Shown: positions 39,981-49,248, numbered from the stretch's first letter. The stretch: DNA of 59,478 nucleotides from a virus (IMGVR_UViG_3300031857_000194:1-59478), one strand, 5' to 3'. Notes: a model not told the origin generated them from the sequence alone. Program-made: numbers and translations.

Positions 39981-42086
39981 CTATTGCGTGGGGAAGGCCG
40001 TGGTAGGCGGTGTGAAGTTGGTGGTGTACCGGGCGAAGCGGGTAATACGAACATCATCGAAATATCCATTTACAACAAGTGGTGTAGTAGATATTTGACC
40101 AGCTCCAATCACAACTGGTTCGGTTGTTGTCGTGATTGATGATTGAGTTGCAGTTGTGCCTATCTGCGTTCCATTTACAAAAATTCTTAAATTTCCAGAT
40201 GCACATGACACGGCAACATGTATCCACGCCCCTGTTGACAAGGTATATGTAGCATCGCGCACAACAGAGCCATTAGCCGCCCATCTAAAATTACCAGTGT
40301 TTCTCCATTGAAGTATCCATTCAGTCCCGGAATTCCATTTGCTTATCAGGTTCTGGTCTGCGGTTGTATTCGGATACCACCAAAACTCAATAGTAAAGTC
40401 TCCGGACCCAAAGTTATAAAACGCATTATTTGGTACAACTAGCCAATCGCCAGTGCCATCAAATGCCATGGAGGATCCACCAAACTTGCTTTGTGCAGTA
40501 CTGATGGCAGCACCACCCACGGTCTCCAGCACATTCTTGGCGGCAGCGTCAATGATACCACCATTGGTATAGTTGAGTAGCAGTTGAGTGTTGGCAATGG
40601 CGGTTAAGGGTGCGGTAGGTACAGTAATAGATGTTGCAGAAGCATCATAAACAGCCGTGCCTTTTACCACACGAAGGTCTTGTAAATAACCGTATAAAAG
40701 GTCTGTAATGGTATATCTGCTTCCAATAGTAGCCGTAGCGCCAGTAGAACTATAATTTGTAGTGTCGGTTTGTGTTGCTGTTCTAGTTCCATTTAAAAAT
40801 AAAGACCCAGTATTGGTGCTGCTATTTCTAACATAAACAACATGATTCCACGCATTTAAAGTTAATGCTGAACCCTCCAAAGTTGCAGAACCATTGTACC
40901 AGCCTAATAAATTAGCCGCCGCCCCGCTTCCGTTTAATCTACATCCAAGTACCCAAGTAGATGTAACAGATGCCGTCCTAGCATCATAAATATAGGCTGC
41001 TGCTACTCCTGACGGCGCTGAAAAAGGATAATACCAAGCCTCTACTGTAAATGACCCTGTACCAAATTGATTAGAGGTTGACGGAGAATACGTCAAATAA
41101 TCCCCACTACCATCAAAGTATCCCGAGCCGCCCACGGTGCCGGCAGCATAGGCAGTGGTAGGATCAAAGGGCGAGAATGCCTGTACGGAGGGAGTGTTAA
41201 GAGGTGTTATGGCAAGCGCATTGGTAGAATTATCAATATAACGATTGCTTTGGCAAGTCAGTAATGATGTACCAGACACTGCAGTCAGTGGCTGTGTTGG
41301 TGGTGTAAACGATGCTGAATATACAGCCGATCCTTTGACTACTCTAAAGTTGGAGATGTATCCATTGAAATCTCCAATATATGTATAGACATTGTACAGA
41401 TAAGCGCCCAAGCCTATGTACAATTGATAGTCGGTTGTGGAAGCGGGCCACGCACCCGATAGAGTGGGATTAGTAAAAGTAGATGTTATATCAGTTCCGT
41501 TGACAAAGAAATAGTTTGATCCGCTGATTCTGGACCACGCGATGTGTGTCCACGTGTTGAGAGGTATGATCGTACTGCTGGTGTTATCAGTATTAGATCC
41601 TCCATAGTCTCTAATTATTGATAACGCTCCGGTGTTTACAATGGACATACCATAATACTTGCTACCAGCTGGGAATGCAGCACCGTAAAAACTAAACAAG
41701 AAAGCAGAATTAAAGTAAGGAGCTCCTGCGGCGGGATACTGTGTTAGATATACCCAACATTCTACAGTTCCGCCGTTGACCATGTCAAACAATGTGCTGT
41801 TAGGAGTGGTCAGCCCTTTCATAGTAGATGTACTTGACCCTGCACTGTTGACAAACACGCTCCACCCGGTCTGGCTGAATGGTGAGAATGTGCCCTGCGT
41901 GGTGTTGCCGTTCCTTGTGACGGTGAAATTGTTGGTGCTTGAATCCAAGAAGGTGTTGTTTTGTGCACCATTGGTGCCGTTACCAGGTAGTAGCAATGAT
42001 ACCAAGTTGAAATAACTATCTGGTTCTACTGTAGCAGCAGATGAATACAATTTCAATCCGCGTATTTTTGTGCCTTGTATTTTCAT
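39981..42086 (-). CDS. Multi-LamG tail fibre/adhesin
   Basis: Three LamG units; ends ARYTTNFTPPTTAFPTQ. Confidence 0.85.
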   Translation of the reverse strand: MKIQGTKIRGLKLYSSAATVEPDSYFNLVSLLLPGNGTNGAQNNTFLDSSTNNFTVTRNGNTTQGTFSPFSQTGWSVFVNSAGSSTSTMKGLTTPNSTLFDMVNGGTVECWVYLTQYPAAGAPYFNSAFLFSFYGAAFPAGSKYYGMSIVNTGALSIIRDYGGSNTDNTSSTIIPLNTWTHIAWSRISGSNYFFVNGTDITSTFTNPTLSGAWPASTTDYQLYIGLGAYLYNVYTYIGDFNGYISNFRVVKGSAVYSASFTPPTQPLTAVSGTSLLTCQSNRYIDNSTNALAITPLNTPSVQAFSPFDPTTAYAAGTVGGSGYFDGSGDYLTYSPSTSNQFGTGSFTVEAWYYPFSAPSGVAAAYIYDARTASVTSTWVLGCRLNGSGAAANLLGWYNGSATLEGSALTLNAWNHVVYVRNSSTNTGSLFLNGTRTATQTDTTNYSSTGATATIGSRYTITDLLYGYLQDLRVVKGTAVYDASATSITVPTAPLTAIANTQLLLNYTNGGIIDAAAKNVLETVGGAAISTAQSKFGGSSMAFDGTGDWLVVPNNAFYNFGSGDFTIEFWWYPNTTADQNLISKWNSGTEWILQWRNTGNFRWAANGSVVRDATYTLSTGAWIHVAVSCASGNLRIFVNGTQIGTTATQSSITTTTEPVVIGAGQISTTPLVVNGYFDDVRITRFARYTTNFTPPTTAFPTQ

Positions 42087-42097
42087 ATCTGTACTCG

Positions 42098-42313
42098 TTA
42101 TGTCACAGCCGATACCAGAGTCACAGTAGCATCCAACAATGCCTGCACTTCGGCTTTTCGTTGCAAGCCTTCGGCTGTGGTCACCACAAACTTGGCTACA
42201 TCTATGTCACGCAGCAATTCCTCTGCTTCGCTTTTGGTCAATGTACCTGCTGCTATGTCTCGCTGTATCTGTTGTAATTCGGCTTCAATAGCCAACAATG
42301 TTGTGTCCATCAT
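42098..42313 (-). CDS. Small hypothetical protein
   Basis: 71 aa; ATGA-coupled to the upstream lipoprotein gene. Confidence 0.65.
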   Translation of the reverse strand: MMDTTLLAIEAELQQIQRDIAAGTLTKSEAEELLRDIDVAKFVVTTAEGLQRKAEVQALLDATVTLVSAVT

Positions 42314-42726
42314 CTTTTCTTCCTTGCCATGGCCTGCTGTGCGCCTGTGCTGGCTAATGTGATCAAACTATATTTGCTGCGGCAGTATGCTGCCGACACT
42401 GGTTCAGATCTAGCATAACGCTCAGGTAAAGTAACTGTGATTTCTTTGATGCTGGCAGCCATGGCAGCCACATCGCGATTGTTCTGCAGTTCTCTAGCGT
42501 AGTTGTGGAATTCCACAGCTTTGCGATGTATCACCGTAGCATTCTCAGCACTGATTTTGGCATCTTGGCATTGGGCAGCCATGAATTCACTCATGGTACG
42601 CAGTTCTACTGCATAGGTATATTCGCGATTATCAAAGGGTGGTAGCCAGTAACTTTCCCAGGCCTGCTGTACTGTGCCACAGCCCACAAGCAAGGGCACA
42701 AATAAAAATAGGAGTATTCGACGCAT
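42310..42726 (-). CDS. Putative lipoprotein
   Basis: MRRILLFLFVPLLVGC lipobox; TAAATA 5 nt upstream. Confidence 0.75.
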   Translation of the reverse strand: MRRILLFLFVPLLVGCGTVQQAWESYWLPPFDNREYTYAVELRTMSEFMAAQCQDAKISAENATVIHRKAVEFHNYARELQNNRDVAAMAASIKEITVTLPERYARSEPVSAAYCRSKYSLITLASTGAQQAMARKKR

Positions 42727-42755
42727 ACTCCTATTTAGCACAAAAACGCTGGATA

Positions 42756-43766
42756 TCAGTGTTTAATGCGTGACCAGACCTGCGTTCTTATCTGCTGTGT
42801 CAATGCATCGGGCAGGCTAACATAATCTAAGTCAGCAGCGTCCTTTTTACCATTCTTGAAAGCCCAGTCAAAGAATTTGATCACTTCTTGGCTGGACTTT
42901 TTGTCACTGGGATCGATATACATGATGATGAAACTGGCTGAACTCACGGGCCAAGCATTGGGATTACGCTGATCCACGATTGAAAGTCCCATGCCCGGTA
43001 CTGAAAACCAGTCTGCACCATCGGCAGCCGCAGCAAAAGTCACATCATCGGGCGCTACGAACTTGCCCGATTTGTTCTGCAGCAACATAAAGTTCATTTT
43101 GTTCTTTTTCACATAAGCATATTCTACATAACCAATGGCGCCTTTGATCCTGTTGACATTGGCAGCAACACCTTCGTTGCCCTTGCCACCCACTGATGAA
43201 GCAGCAGGCCACTTTACCGCAGCGCCCTTGCCGACCTTGCTAGCCCACTCTTGACTGACTGTTGACAAGTAATCAGTCCAGTTGAATGTGGTACCTGAGC
43301 CATCTGCACGGTGTACCACAACGATGTTTTGATCGGGCAGCTTCTTGCCTGGATTCAGTGCTGCCAATTTAGCATCGTTCCACTTGGTGATTGTACCCAT
43401 ATAGATATCAGCCAATACAGCACCGGTGATGCGCAGTTCACCTGGTTTAAAACCATCCAGGTTGATCACTGGCACAGTGCCGCCTATGATGGCAGGAAAC
43501 TGTATCTGGGCATTCTTGTCTAGATCTGCACCTGACACAGGTGCGTCTGTGGCACCAAAGGTCACGGTTCGGGCATTGATCTGGCGTATGCCGCCCGATG
43601 AACCAATTGATTGATAGTTGAGTCCCACTCCTGTGGCTTTTTTGTAGCCTTCGGCCCACTTGGCGTACATGGGATAGGGAAATGTAGCACCTGCGCCTGT
43701 GATGTCGGCAGCAATTGCTGTGGTACAAAATACGACCGCGGCAAACATTGTAAATAGTTTTTTCAC
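42756..43766 (-). CDS. pstS: Phosphate ABC transporter substrate-binding protein PstS
   Basis: Signal peptide; ITGAGATFPYP, NYQSIGSSGG, RADGSGTT; GTG start with GGAG SD. Confidence 0.95.
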   Translation of the reverse strand: MKKLFTMFAAVVFCTTAIAADITGAGATFPYPMYAKWAEGYKKATGVGLNYQSIGSSGGIRQINARTVTFGATDAPVSGADLDKNAQIQFPAIIGGTVPVINLDGFKPGELRITGAVLADIYMGTITKWNDAKLAALNPGKKLPDQNIVVVHRADGSGTTFNWTDYLSTVSQEWASKVGKGAAVKWPAASSVGGKGNEGVAANVNRIKGAIGYVEYAYVKKNKMNFMLLQNKSGKFVAPDDVTFAAAADGADWFSVPGMGLSIVDQRNPNAWPVSSASFIIMYIDPSDKKSSQEVIKFFDWAFKNGKKDAADLDYVSLPDALTQQIRTQVWSRIKH

Positions 43767-43829
43767 TTGAATTCTCCTTTGTGTTGTGCTCCTGCACAAG
43801 ACTATTTACAATAAACTGCGCGGTTTATT

Positions 43830-43847
43830 ATTACACTTTTGTTACAG
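43830..43847 (-). promoter_or_regulatory. Putative Pho box upstream of pstS
   Basis: CTGTAAC-AAAA-GTGTAAT, matching the PhoB 7-4-7 direct-repeat consensus CTGTCAT-AWAW-CTGTCAY. Confidence 0.65.
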
Positions 43848-43869
43848 TGAACAAACTGTAGATCAAGAT

Positions 43870-44091
43870 TTATTTTTTGTGGTCAATCATGATCTGTAAA
43901 ACTTGATTGATCAATAGATACCACACAGTGATAATGGTCAATACCACCGGAGCCAGGATCAACTGTCTAGGCGACAGACCTGGCAAGCACAACAGTAGAT
44001 ATAGTGCCAGTGTGCCAGGCAGCAGATAGGGCAAGCAGGATTGTAATCCCAGAGCCAGAGAACTACTTCTTGTCTGCTTCTTTGAGTTCAT
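43870..44091 (-). CDS. Small two-TM membrane protein
   Basis: 73 aa with two hydrophobic segments, at the end of the lysis cassette. Confidence 0.5.
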   Translation of the reverse strand: MNSKKQTRSSSLALGLQSCLPYLLPGTLALYLLLCLPGLSPRQLILAPVVLTIITVWYLLINQVLQIMIDHKK

Positions 44092-44434
44092 AGTATTCTC
44101 GATACTTTTTCAGCATCTCGCGCTGCTGTGATAGGAAATTGCGTGTCACAGCAAAATCTATGGCCAGTTCCTCATAGCCATCGTCGGTCAAGGCAAACAG
44201 CACTTGATCCGCATTGGCTGCTCGCAGTTCTTCAAACACACGAGCCTGATTTTCCGGAGTGATGATGATCCAGCGTGGTACTGCGGGTTTGATGGGTGTG
44301 GGATCTGGTAGATTCAGTGGCGTGCGTGCCACTGCTTTCTTTTCGATCTCTATGGGCTTGATGGCATTCCAGGCCAGCAAGGCACAGCCCTGCAGATTCA
44401 TTGACACCAGGATGACAGCTAGTATGGATCTCAT
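44063..44434 (-). CDS. Putative o-spanin (lipoprotein)
   Basis: MRSILAVILVSMNLQGC lipobox; Pro-rich segment; ATGA-coupled to the i-spanin gene. Confidence 0.7.
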   Translation of the reverse strand: MRSILAVILVSMNLQGCALLAWNAIKPIEIEKKAVARTPLNLPDPTPIKPAVPRWIIITPENQARVFEELRAANADQVLFALTDDGYEELAIDFAVTRNFLSQQREMLKKYREYYELKEADKK

Positions 44435-44925
44435 TGTGGTGCCCGATAGTTGGGATTGGCTATGGCAGGACATTCTTTGTTGATCTCCGCTGAATTCTTG
44501 GCTGCTAATTCTTGCTGGGTATGTGCCGCGCCCGATGCCAGTTCAAGACAGCGCATAGCATTGCGTGTGCCGCGATTCACCAGGCGTTCTACCAGTTCTG
44601 GTCGTTCGCGAGCCAACTGGCCAAAGTCTCGGGGATTGCCGCGTGCGTCCTGGCTGAATTTTTTTGTCAGCGTGTCCACTTCACCGCGATAGCGTTCTGC
44701 TAGATTCTGCAGATCACGATTGGTCTGCTGAATGGCTGCAATGTCTTCAACCATCTGCCGTAACAAATCTTTTTGTTCTTGGATGCCTTGTTCTAGCCTA
44801 CGTGCGTTTTCTTGACTTTGCACCAAGTCGGCCTTGACGTTGGACACATACCAAAGTCCTGCGGCTATGATAACAGCAATGATCAGTGCGACTATGGATC
44901 GGATTATGGCGCCGACGGGCAGCAT
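44431..44925 (-). CDS. Putative i-spanin
   Basis: N-terminal TM helix, long coiled coil, C-terminal Cys residues. Confidence 0.7.
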   Translation of the reverse strand: MLPVGAIIRSIVALIIAVIIAAGLWYVSNVKADLVQSQENARRLEQGIQEQKDLLRQMVEDIAAIQQTNRDLQNLAERYRGEVDTLTKKFSQDARGNPRDFGQLARERPELVERLVNRGTRNAMRCLELASGAAHTQQELAAKNSAEINKECPAIANPNYRAPQ

Positions 44926-45209
44926 CAGGGCCTCTCGTAACTGGCTTGGGCACGTGACATGGCTGTGCGAGCAGCATCTGCTTGCTCACGGCCTTGTGCT
45001 TCGGCATCCCGTGTGCTGCCTCCGGGTTCTCCTGCGATGTTTTTGATGCGTTCTATTTTGGCTGGCTCTTCGCCGTAGGTATCAATAAAATATTGACCTA
45101 GGCCTTCGTCGTACTGCCAGTCAATGACTTTGACTGTGCCGTCTCGCATGGTCACACGATATCTAGCAGGTCTAAACATACCTTCCGAGATGATCTCGTA
45201 GAGTTTCAT
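44925..45209 (-). CDS. Putative internal head protein
   Basis: MKLYEIISE leader. Confidence 0.7.
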   Translation of the reverse strand: MKLYEIISEGMFRPARYRVTMRDGTVKVIDWQYDEGLGQYFIDTYGEEPAKIERIKNIAGEPGGSTRDAEAQGREQADAARTAMSRAQASYERP

Positions 45210-45670
45210 GCAATCAATCCAGGCTTGTACACAGTCTTGCCATTTTCTTTCATGGCAGTCAGCACCTGTTTCTTGATATTACCTTCCACATAGCTCACAT
45301 GCACCCAACCTGAATCGGGCACACCAGGAGTGTAAAATTCCAATATCACTTGTGTAAAGTCCAAGTTGCTCACGATCCACTGTGCAAGATCAGCATTGGC
45401 CACGCCGGGTATTTCTATGTCAGCGGCCTGACCTTGGCAATGATCAGATGTTTTAGATCCACCCACAGCTGCATTAACATTGGGATGGCGAAAACCAGAA
45501 TTCACTTTCACACCAGTTTTGTAGTGTTCGCGCACTGGTTGCAGAACTCGTTCTGCAAGCCTTTTGAGATTGGCGATTTCTGCATCGCCGGGAGTGTTGT
45601 CTAGATTGTGACGCAGTGCTGTTTCTGACTTGATCATTTCTGACAGTGTGAAATTTTCTGTGAGTTTCAT
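45206..45670 (-). CDS. Peptidase M15 family endolysin
   Basis: NFTLSE, SGFR, SDHCQGQAADI, WVHVS zinc motifs. Confidence 0.9.
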   Translation of the reverse strand: MKLTENFTLSEMIKSETALRHNLDNTPGDAEIANLKRLAERVLQPVREHYKTGVKVNSGFRHPNVNAAVGGSKTSDHCQGQAADIEIPGVANADLAQWIVSNLDFTQVILEFYTPGVPDSGWVHVSYVEGNIKKQVLTAMKENGKTVYKPGLIA

Positions 45671-45680
45671 TGAGGGCTCC

Positions 45681-46223
45681 TTATCTTGTGATGTGTGCCA
45701 GGTCTTGCCAGTTTTTCAAATCTCTGGCCACTCTGCGATATATGGGCTTGGGTGTGAGACCAGCGGCTTCGCGGATTTCGTTGATATCGCCTTCTTTTTT
45801 TCTGTTGTATTCTGCTGGGGTCAAGGTCACTGTGTCGGCCACGGCTTTTTTGCTGTAGGGATAGGATTTTTTGCCCACGTGTATTTTGAACTTGTCTGCG
45901 TCAATGGCTGTGAGGTTAGGCAGTTCGGTCATGACCTGATTGAAGTTTTTCACAAATTCGGGCGATCTGCGGAATTCAGCATAGACCAGGTAACGATTGG
46001 GTTTGATTTCTCCCGGCGAGCGATCAGCATCCAGTATGAAGTCATAACCTTTTTCCAACCAAACAACCAAATCGTCTGCGGCCTGGCTGTTGCGCAGATA
46101 AAAACTCACAACTATGACATCTGCATCATCGCCCATGCGGCTTTCGAATTCATCGATATGTACAGTGGGCTTGACCAAGCCCATCATGTCATGATATTCC
46201 AAACCTTCATTTAACTGTGTCAT
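45681..46223 (-). CDS. Phage hypothetical protein
   Basis: 180 aa; HIDEFESRMG...LEKGYDFILDAD; MTQLNE leader. Confidence 0.75.
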   Translation of the reverse strand: MTQLNEGLEYHDMMGLVKPTVHIDEFESRMGDDADVIVVSFYLRNSQAADDLVVWLEKGYDFILDADRSPGEIKPNRYLVYAEFRRSPEFVKNFNQVMTELPNLTAIDADKFKIHVGKKSYPYSKKAVADTVTLTPAEYNRKKEGDINEIREAAGLTPKPIYRRVARDLKNWQDLAHITR

Positions 46224-46858
46224 AGTGCCGGCGCTCCTAGTCCGCCCACGCCCGAACCCTGTCCCGGAGGTGCGCCCAGTGAGCCAGGTTGTGGCACACC
46301 AGGTGTTAGCGCATCCTGAGCAGATGGTCCTGTTTGATTCTGTTCTTTGTCTAGATCTTCTTCATAGGCATCATCAAGATCCGCCAAATCCACACTTTGG
46401 TCTTCTAATTCTAGGCTACCAGTCTTGATGTCTTGCATGAGGTCCTTGGGCATGGTGATGCGCACCAGCCATATGTCTTTTTCAATCATACGAGCTTTGT
46501 GTGTGCCAGGACGGAAATCTCCAGGGTTTGTGATCTTCTCTGGGATCTTCATTTTGTCTTGTTTGTATTCCACTGTGCAGTCCAGGCTGGTCAGCCGCAG
46601 TCCTGCTCTGGGATCGGGCATGAGTTTGTAAGGCCATAAGAATATGCAGGTCACTGTGTATCTGCTGACATCGGGACCTTCCACCAGTTCGCCAAAGCGC
46701 CAGTTTTTGTAACTGTAGATGTCTAGTTCATCCAGCACACGCTCAAAGTCCAGCAGCACAGCCATGCTGCCGTCTGAAGTGTAGATGCCTTTGATCACAT
46801 CGGCTATCAGCCAGTAATCGTTGTCGCCAAAACCGTTTTCAAATACCTTGATGCCCAT
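46220..46858 (-). CDS. Phage hypothetical protein
   Basis: LLDFERVLDELDIY.YKNW..GELVEGP...MPDP; TAAATA 7 nt upstream. Confidence 0.8.
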   Translation of the reverse strand: MGIKVFENGFGDNDYWLIADVIKGIYTSDGSMAVLLDFERVLDELDIYSYKNWRFGELVEGPDVSRYTVTCIFLWPYKLMPDPRAGLRLTSLDCTVEYKQDKMKIPEKITNPGDFRPGTHKARMIEKDIWLVRITMPKDLMQDIKTGSLELEDQSVDLADLDDAYEEDLDKEQNQTGPSAQDALTPGVPQPGSLGAPPGQGSGVGGLGAPAL

Positions 46859-47026
46859 AGTGTATTATTTAGTGCTTTTGGGACCTAAGGGGATTTACTC
46901 GAGGGGGATTTGTTTGTGTGACAGCCTAATACTTAGCTGGTTTTTCCAGGGAGATATGTGCGGTTTAAGTGGGACCGCAGGTGATCTAAATAACATTGGT
47001 AGCGATAACACTTAGGAGAATCCACC

Positions 47027-47764
47027 TTGGCTCGCAACAAAAGAATAGCAGCACAAAAAGCAGCACGTTACACCGAACAACAAATGGCACCCAACACCAT
47101 AAACTTCCGAGAAGCACAGCGAGTCAGGCACATAGAACTGGTGCCCAAGAGCCTCAATCAAGAAAATTACATATTAAAGTTACTGGATCCCAAACAACAC
47201 ATTGTGATAGCATATGGTCCTGCAGGCACAGGCAAAACTTACATAGCCATGCAGGCCGCAATAAAACAGTTGAAGATGGGCGCGATCGAGCGCATCGTCC
47301 TCACTAGACCAGCCGTGGGCGTAGAAGATGAAAAGCATGGATTCTTACCCGGGGATTTAAATTCAAAAATGGAACCCTGGACCAGACCACTTCTCGACGT
47401 GTTACGCGAATATTATAGCCCACGCGACATCGCAAAAATGCTAGAAGATCAGACTGTGGAGATATCCCCCCTGGCATTCATGCGCGGCCGTACCATGAAG
47501 TCAGCGTGGGTGATTGCTGATGAAATGCAAAACGCCACTCCTGGTCAAATGAAGATGCTGCTGACTCGTATTGGCGTGGGATCTAAGATTGTTGTGACAG
47601 GAGACGTTGAGCAGGCCGACAGATCAACACGCGATAATGGCCTTCTAGACCTCGCAGAGAGGCTGAACGCTCAAGGAGTATATGGCCTAAGTATATGCAA
47701 GCTGGATCGCAGAGACTGCCAACGTCATTCTATCATTGATGGAATACTAAAGTTATACGACTAA
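47027..47764 (+). CDS. phoH: PhoH-like ATPase
   Basis: GPAGTGKT, GFLPGD, MRGRT, DEMQN, TGDVEQAD; TTG start with AGGAG SD; TAAATA at 46987-46992. Confidence 0.95.
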   Translation: MARNKRIAAQKAARYTEQQMAPNTINFREAQRVRHIELVPKSLNQENYILKLLDPKQHIVIAYGPAGTGKTYIAMQAAIKQLKMGAIERIVLTRPAVGVEDEKHGFLPGDLNSKMEPWTRPLLDVLREYYSPRDIAKMLEDQTVEISPLAFMRGRTMKSAWVIADEMQNATPGQMKMLLTRIGVGSKIVVTGDVEQADRSTRDNGLLDLAERLNAQGVYGLSICKLDRRDCQRHSIIDGILKLYD

Positions 47765-47778
47765 GAGGAGGTTCAATC

Positions 47779-47826
47779 ATGAAATATCCCACCTCGTTTG
47801 ATGATCTACAGGCGCATCCGCCTTAA
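47779..47826 (+). CDS. Candidate 15-aa small peptide MKYPTSFDDLQAHPP
   Basis: Strong GAGGAGGT SD immediately after the phoH stop. Confidence 0.4.
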   Translation: MKYPTSFDDLQAHPP

Positions 47827-47877
47827 AGCCGATCTGTGAGATCACTGTAGAACATCCGTGACGCTAGACGTCAATTC

Positions 47878-47904
47878 AGCCCGTTATACCCTAATGGGCT
47901 TTTT
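47878..47904 (+). terminator. Intrinsic terminator
   Basis: AGCCCGTTA-TACCC-TAATGGGCT followed by TTTT, between convergent genes. Confidence 0.75.
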
Positions 47905-48310
47905 ATTTTGTGATGGGACCGCCTTCTACCCAGGCATCGCAGGTGCGTTTGGCAGCACATTTGAATTTCAAGAATTTGCAGTAGCCTAGATCGCCAGCAT
48001 CGATGGTATCGTGGGGATCGCTGCCAGGTTCCGAACCAATGCCCTGGGCTATGCAGTCCAACATATCTGGCGATATGTCAAAGGCAGCACAGTTGCCGCA
48101 ACGATTCTGTTTGACAGATTTGATATCATCTGTGTTCCATTTGTCGGCCAGCTCCTGCCAGTATTCGTCATTGGGCTCATTGGGATTCAATGGACCATAG
48201 TGATACTCGTCTATGGCCTTTTGTCTGTTGCGGAGATTTAGACCAATGTCTTGTGTAGCCGGTGGACAGCCCTTTTCAATGGCTTCGATTATGTTGATGT
48301 AGTTTCTCAT
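47903..48310 (-). CDS. Cys-rich protein, HiPIP-like pattern
   Basis: CGNCAAF...GYC...C....TCDAW; MRNYINIIE leader. Confidence 0.7.
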   Translation of the reverse strand: MRNYINIIEAIEKGCPPATQDIGLNLRNRQKAIDEYHYGPLNPNEPNDEYWQELADKWNTDDIKSVKQNRCGNCAAFDISPDMLDCIAQGIGSEPGSDPHDTIDAGDLGYCKFLKFKCAAKRTCDAWVEGGPITK

Positions 48311-48321
48311 TGGTAGTGACC

Positions 48322-49248
48322 TTAAGTGTTCTTATCCTGATTTCTTTGCCAGGGTAAAGTGGGTTTTTTACTGATATCAGGATTGAAGTTTTGTATTTTT
48401 GGTGCTGTGTTTTTCTTGAGATCTCCCTGTACATATCTCTGTGCTGTGCTGAGATTGCGATTCACTAGATCTGTGGTGGCCAATTCTTGGCTGTAATTTT
48501 TAGCCATCTTGCCGGTGAGGAAATAATTGTAATCTCCTTCGGTATACAACATAATGTTGCCATCTACACCAGGCACCGTACCAGCAGGCACGATCTCACC
48601 ATCTCGTTTGTATGCTCCGCTGCTTTTGATCTTACCATACATTTCTGCAGGCATGGGATTAAAAATCATTTTGTCATATACTATGACGTTTTTGCTTTTG
48701 ACCCATTGATCAGGCATATCTACTGCTATGCTTTTCAGTGGCTGATGCACAGCATAATCCTGGCTGGGACCAAATACATCTTTGGCCATGCCATATCGAT
48801 CTACATCCAAGGCCTGTGCTGAACCTGCGCCCAGGGCTAGACCGCCGGCCACTGCAGCCGCTGCCATCTTTTCTTTCCAACCTTCTCCTAAGTCTGCGGA
48901 TTCCTTGGTTGAAACATTTTTGGCTGCACCGCTGCGTTCGGCATCAGGATCTTGTCTGCGTTTGCGTGCCGCGGCTGATGCACGACCTTTTTTGCCCAGG
49001 GCATGTGCCTTGGCCTGTGGCAAGCACTTGGGCTTGCCTTCACCTTTGCTGCCTCTAGCACAGTCTCCGCGTATCTTGCCATCGGGTCCAAACCGCACCC
49101 ACTTTTCTTTAAACCATTTACGCAGATCTTCTTCTAGTTCTTGCTCTGAAACAGGCACACAGTTAGGCACCTGGCGATCTCCTTTTTTCTTCATGCCCTG
49201 TTGCTGATAACCAGTCCAGCAGGCTTCAAGAATTTCTTGATATCTCAT
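48322..49248 (-). CDS. Putative internal head polyprotein (CWxGY module, KWFKEKW module, signal-like module)
   Basis: Start re-called at MRYQEILE (49248); modules separated by VSE/LEE/LGE. Confidence 0.75.
   Translation of the reverse strand: MRYQEILEACWTGYQQQGMKKKGDRQVPNCVPVSEQELEEDLRKWFKEKWVRFGPDGKIRGDCARGSKGEGKPKCLPQAKAHALGKKGRASAAARKRRQDPDAERSGAAKNVSTKESADLGEGWKEKMAAAAVAGGLALGAGSAQALDVDRYGMAKDVFGPSQDYAVHQPLKSIAVDMPDQWVKSKNVIVYDKMIFNPMPAEMYGKIKSSGAYKRDGEIVPAGTVPGVDGNIMLYTEGDYNYFLTGKMAKNYSQELATTDLVNRNLSTAQRYVQGDLKKNTAPKIQNFNPDISKKPTLPWQRNQDKNT

Noticed and set aside
8263-42086. Diversity-generating retroelement in the fibre genes
   Set aside because: There is no reverse transcriptase, and the repeat differences are not adenine-specific. 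All copies are in-frame coding paralogy.
46872-46986. Small hairpins in the divergent intergenic region before phoH
   Set aside because: The stems are short (4-6 bp) with no recognisable motif, and are adequately explained as a divergent promoter region.
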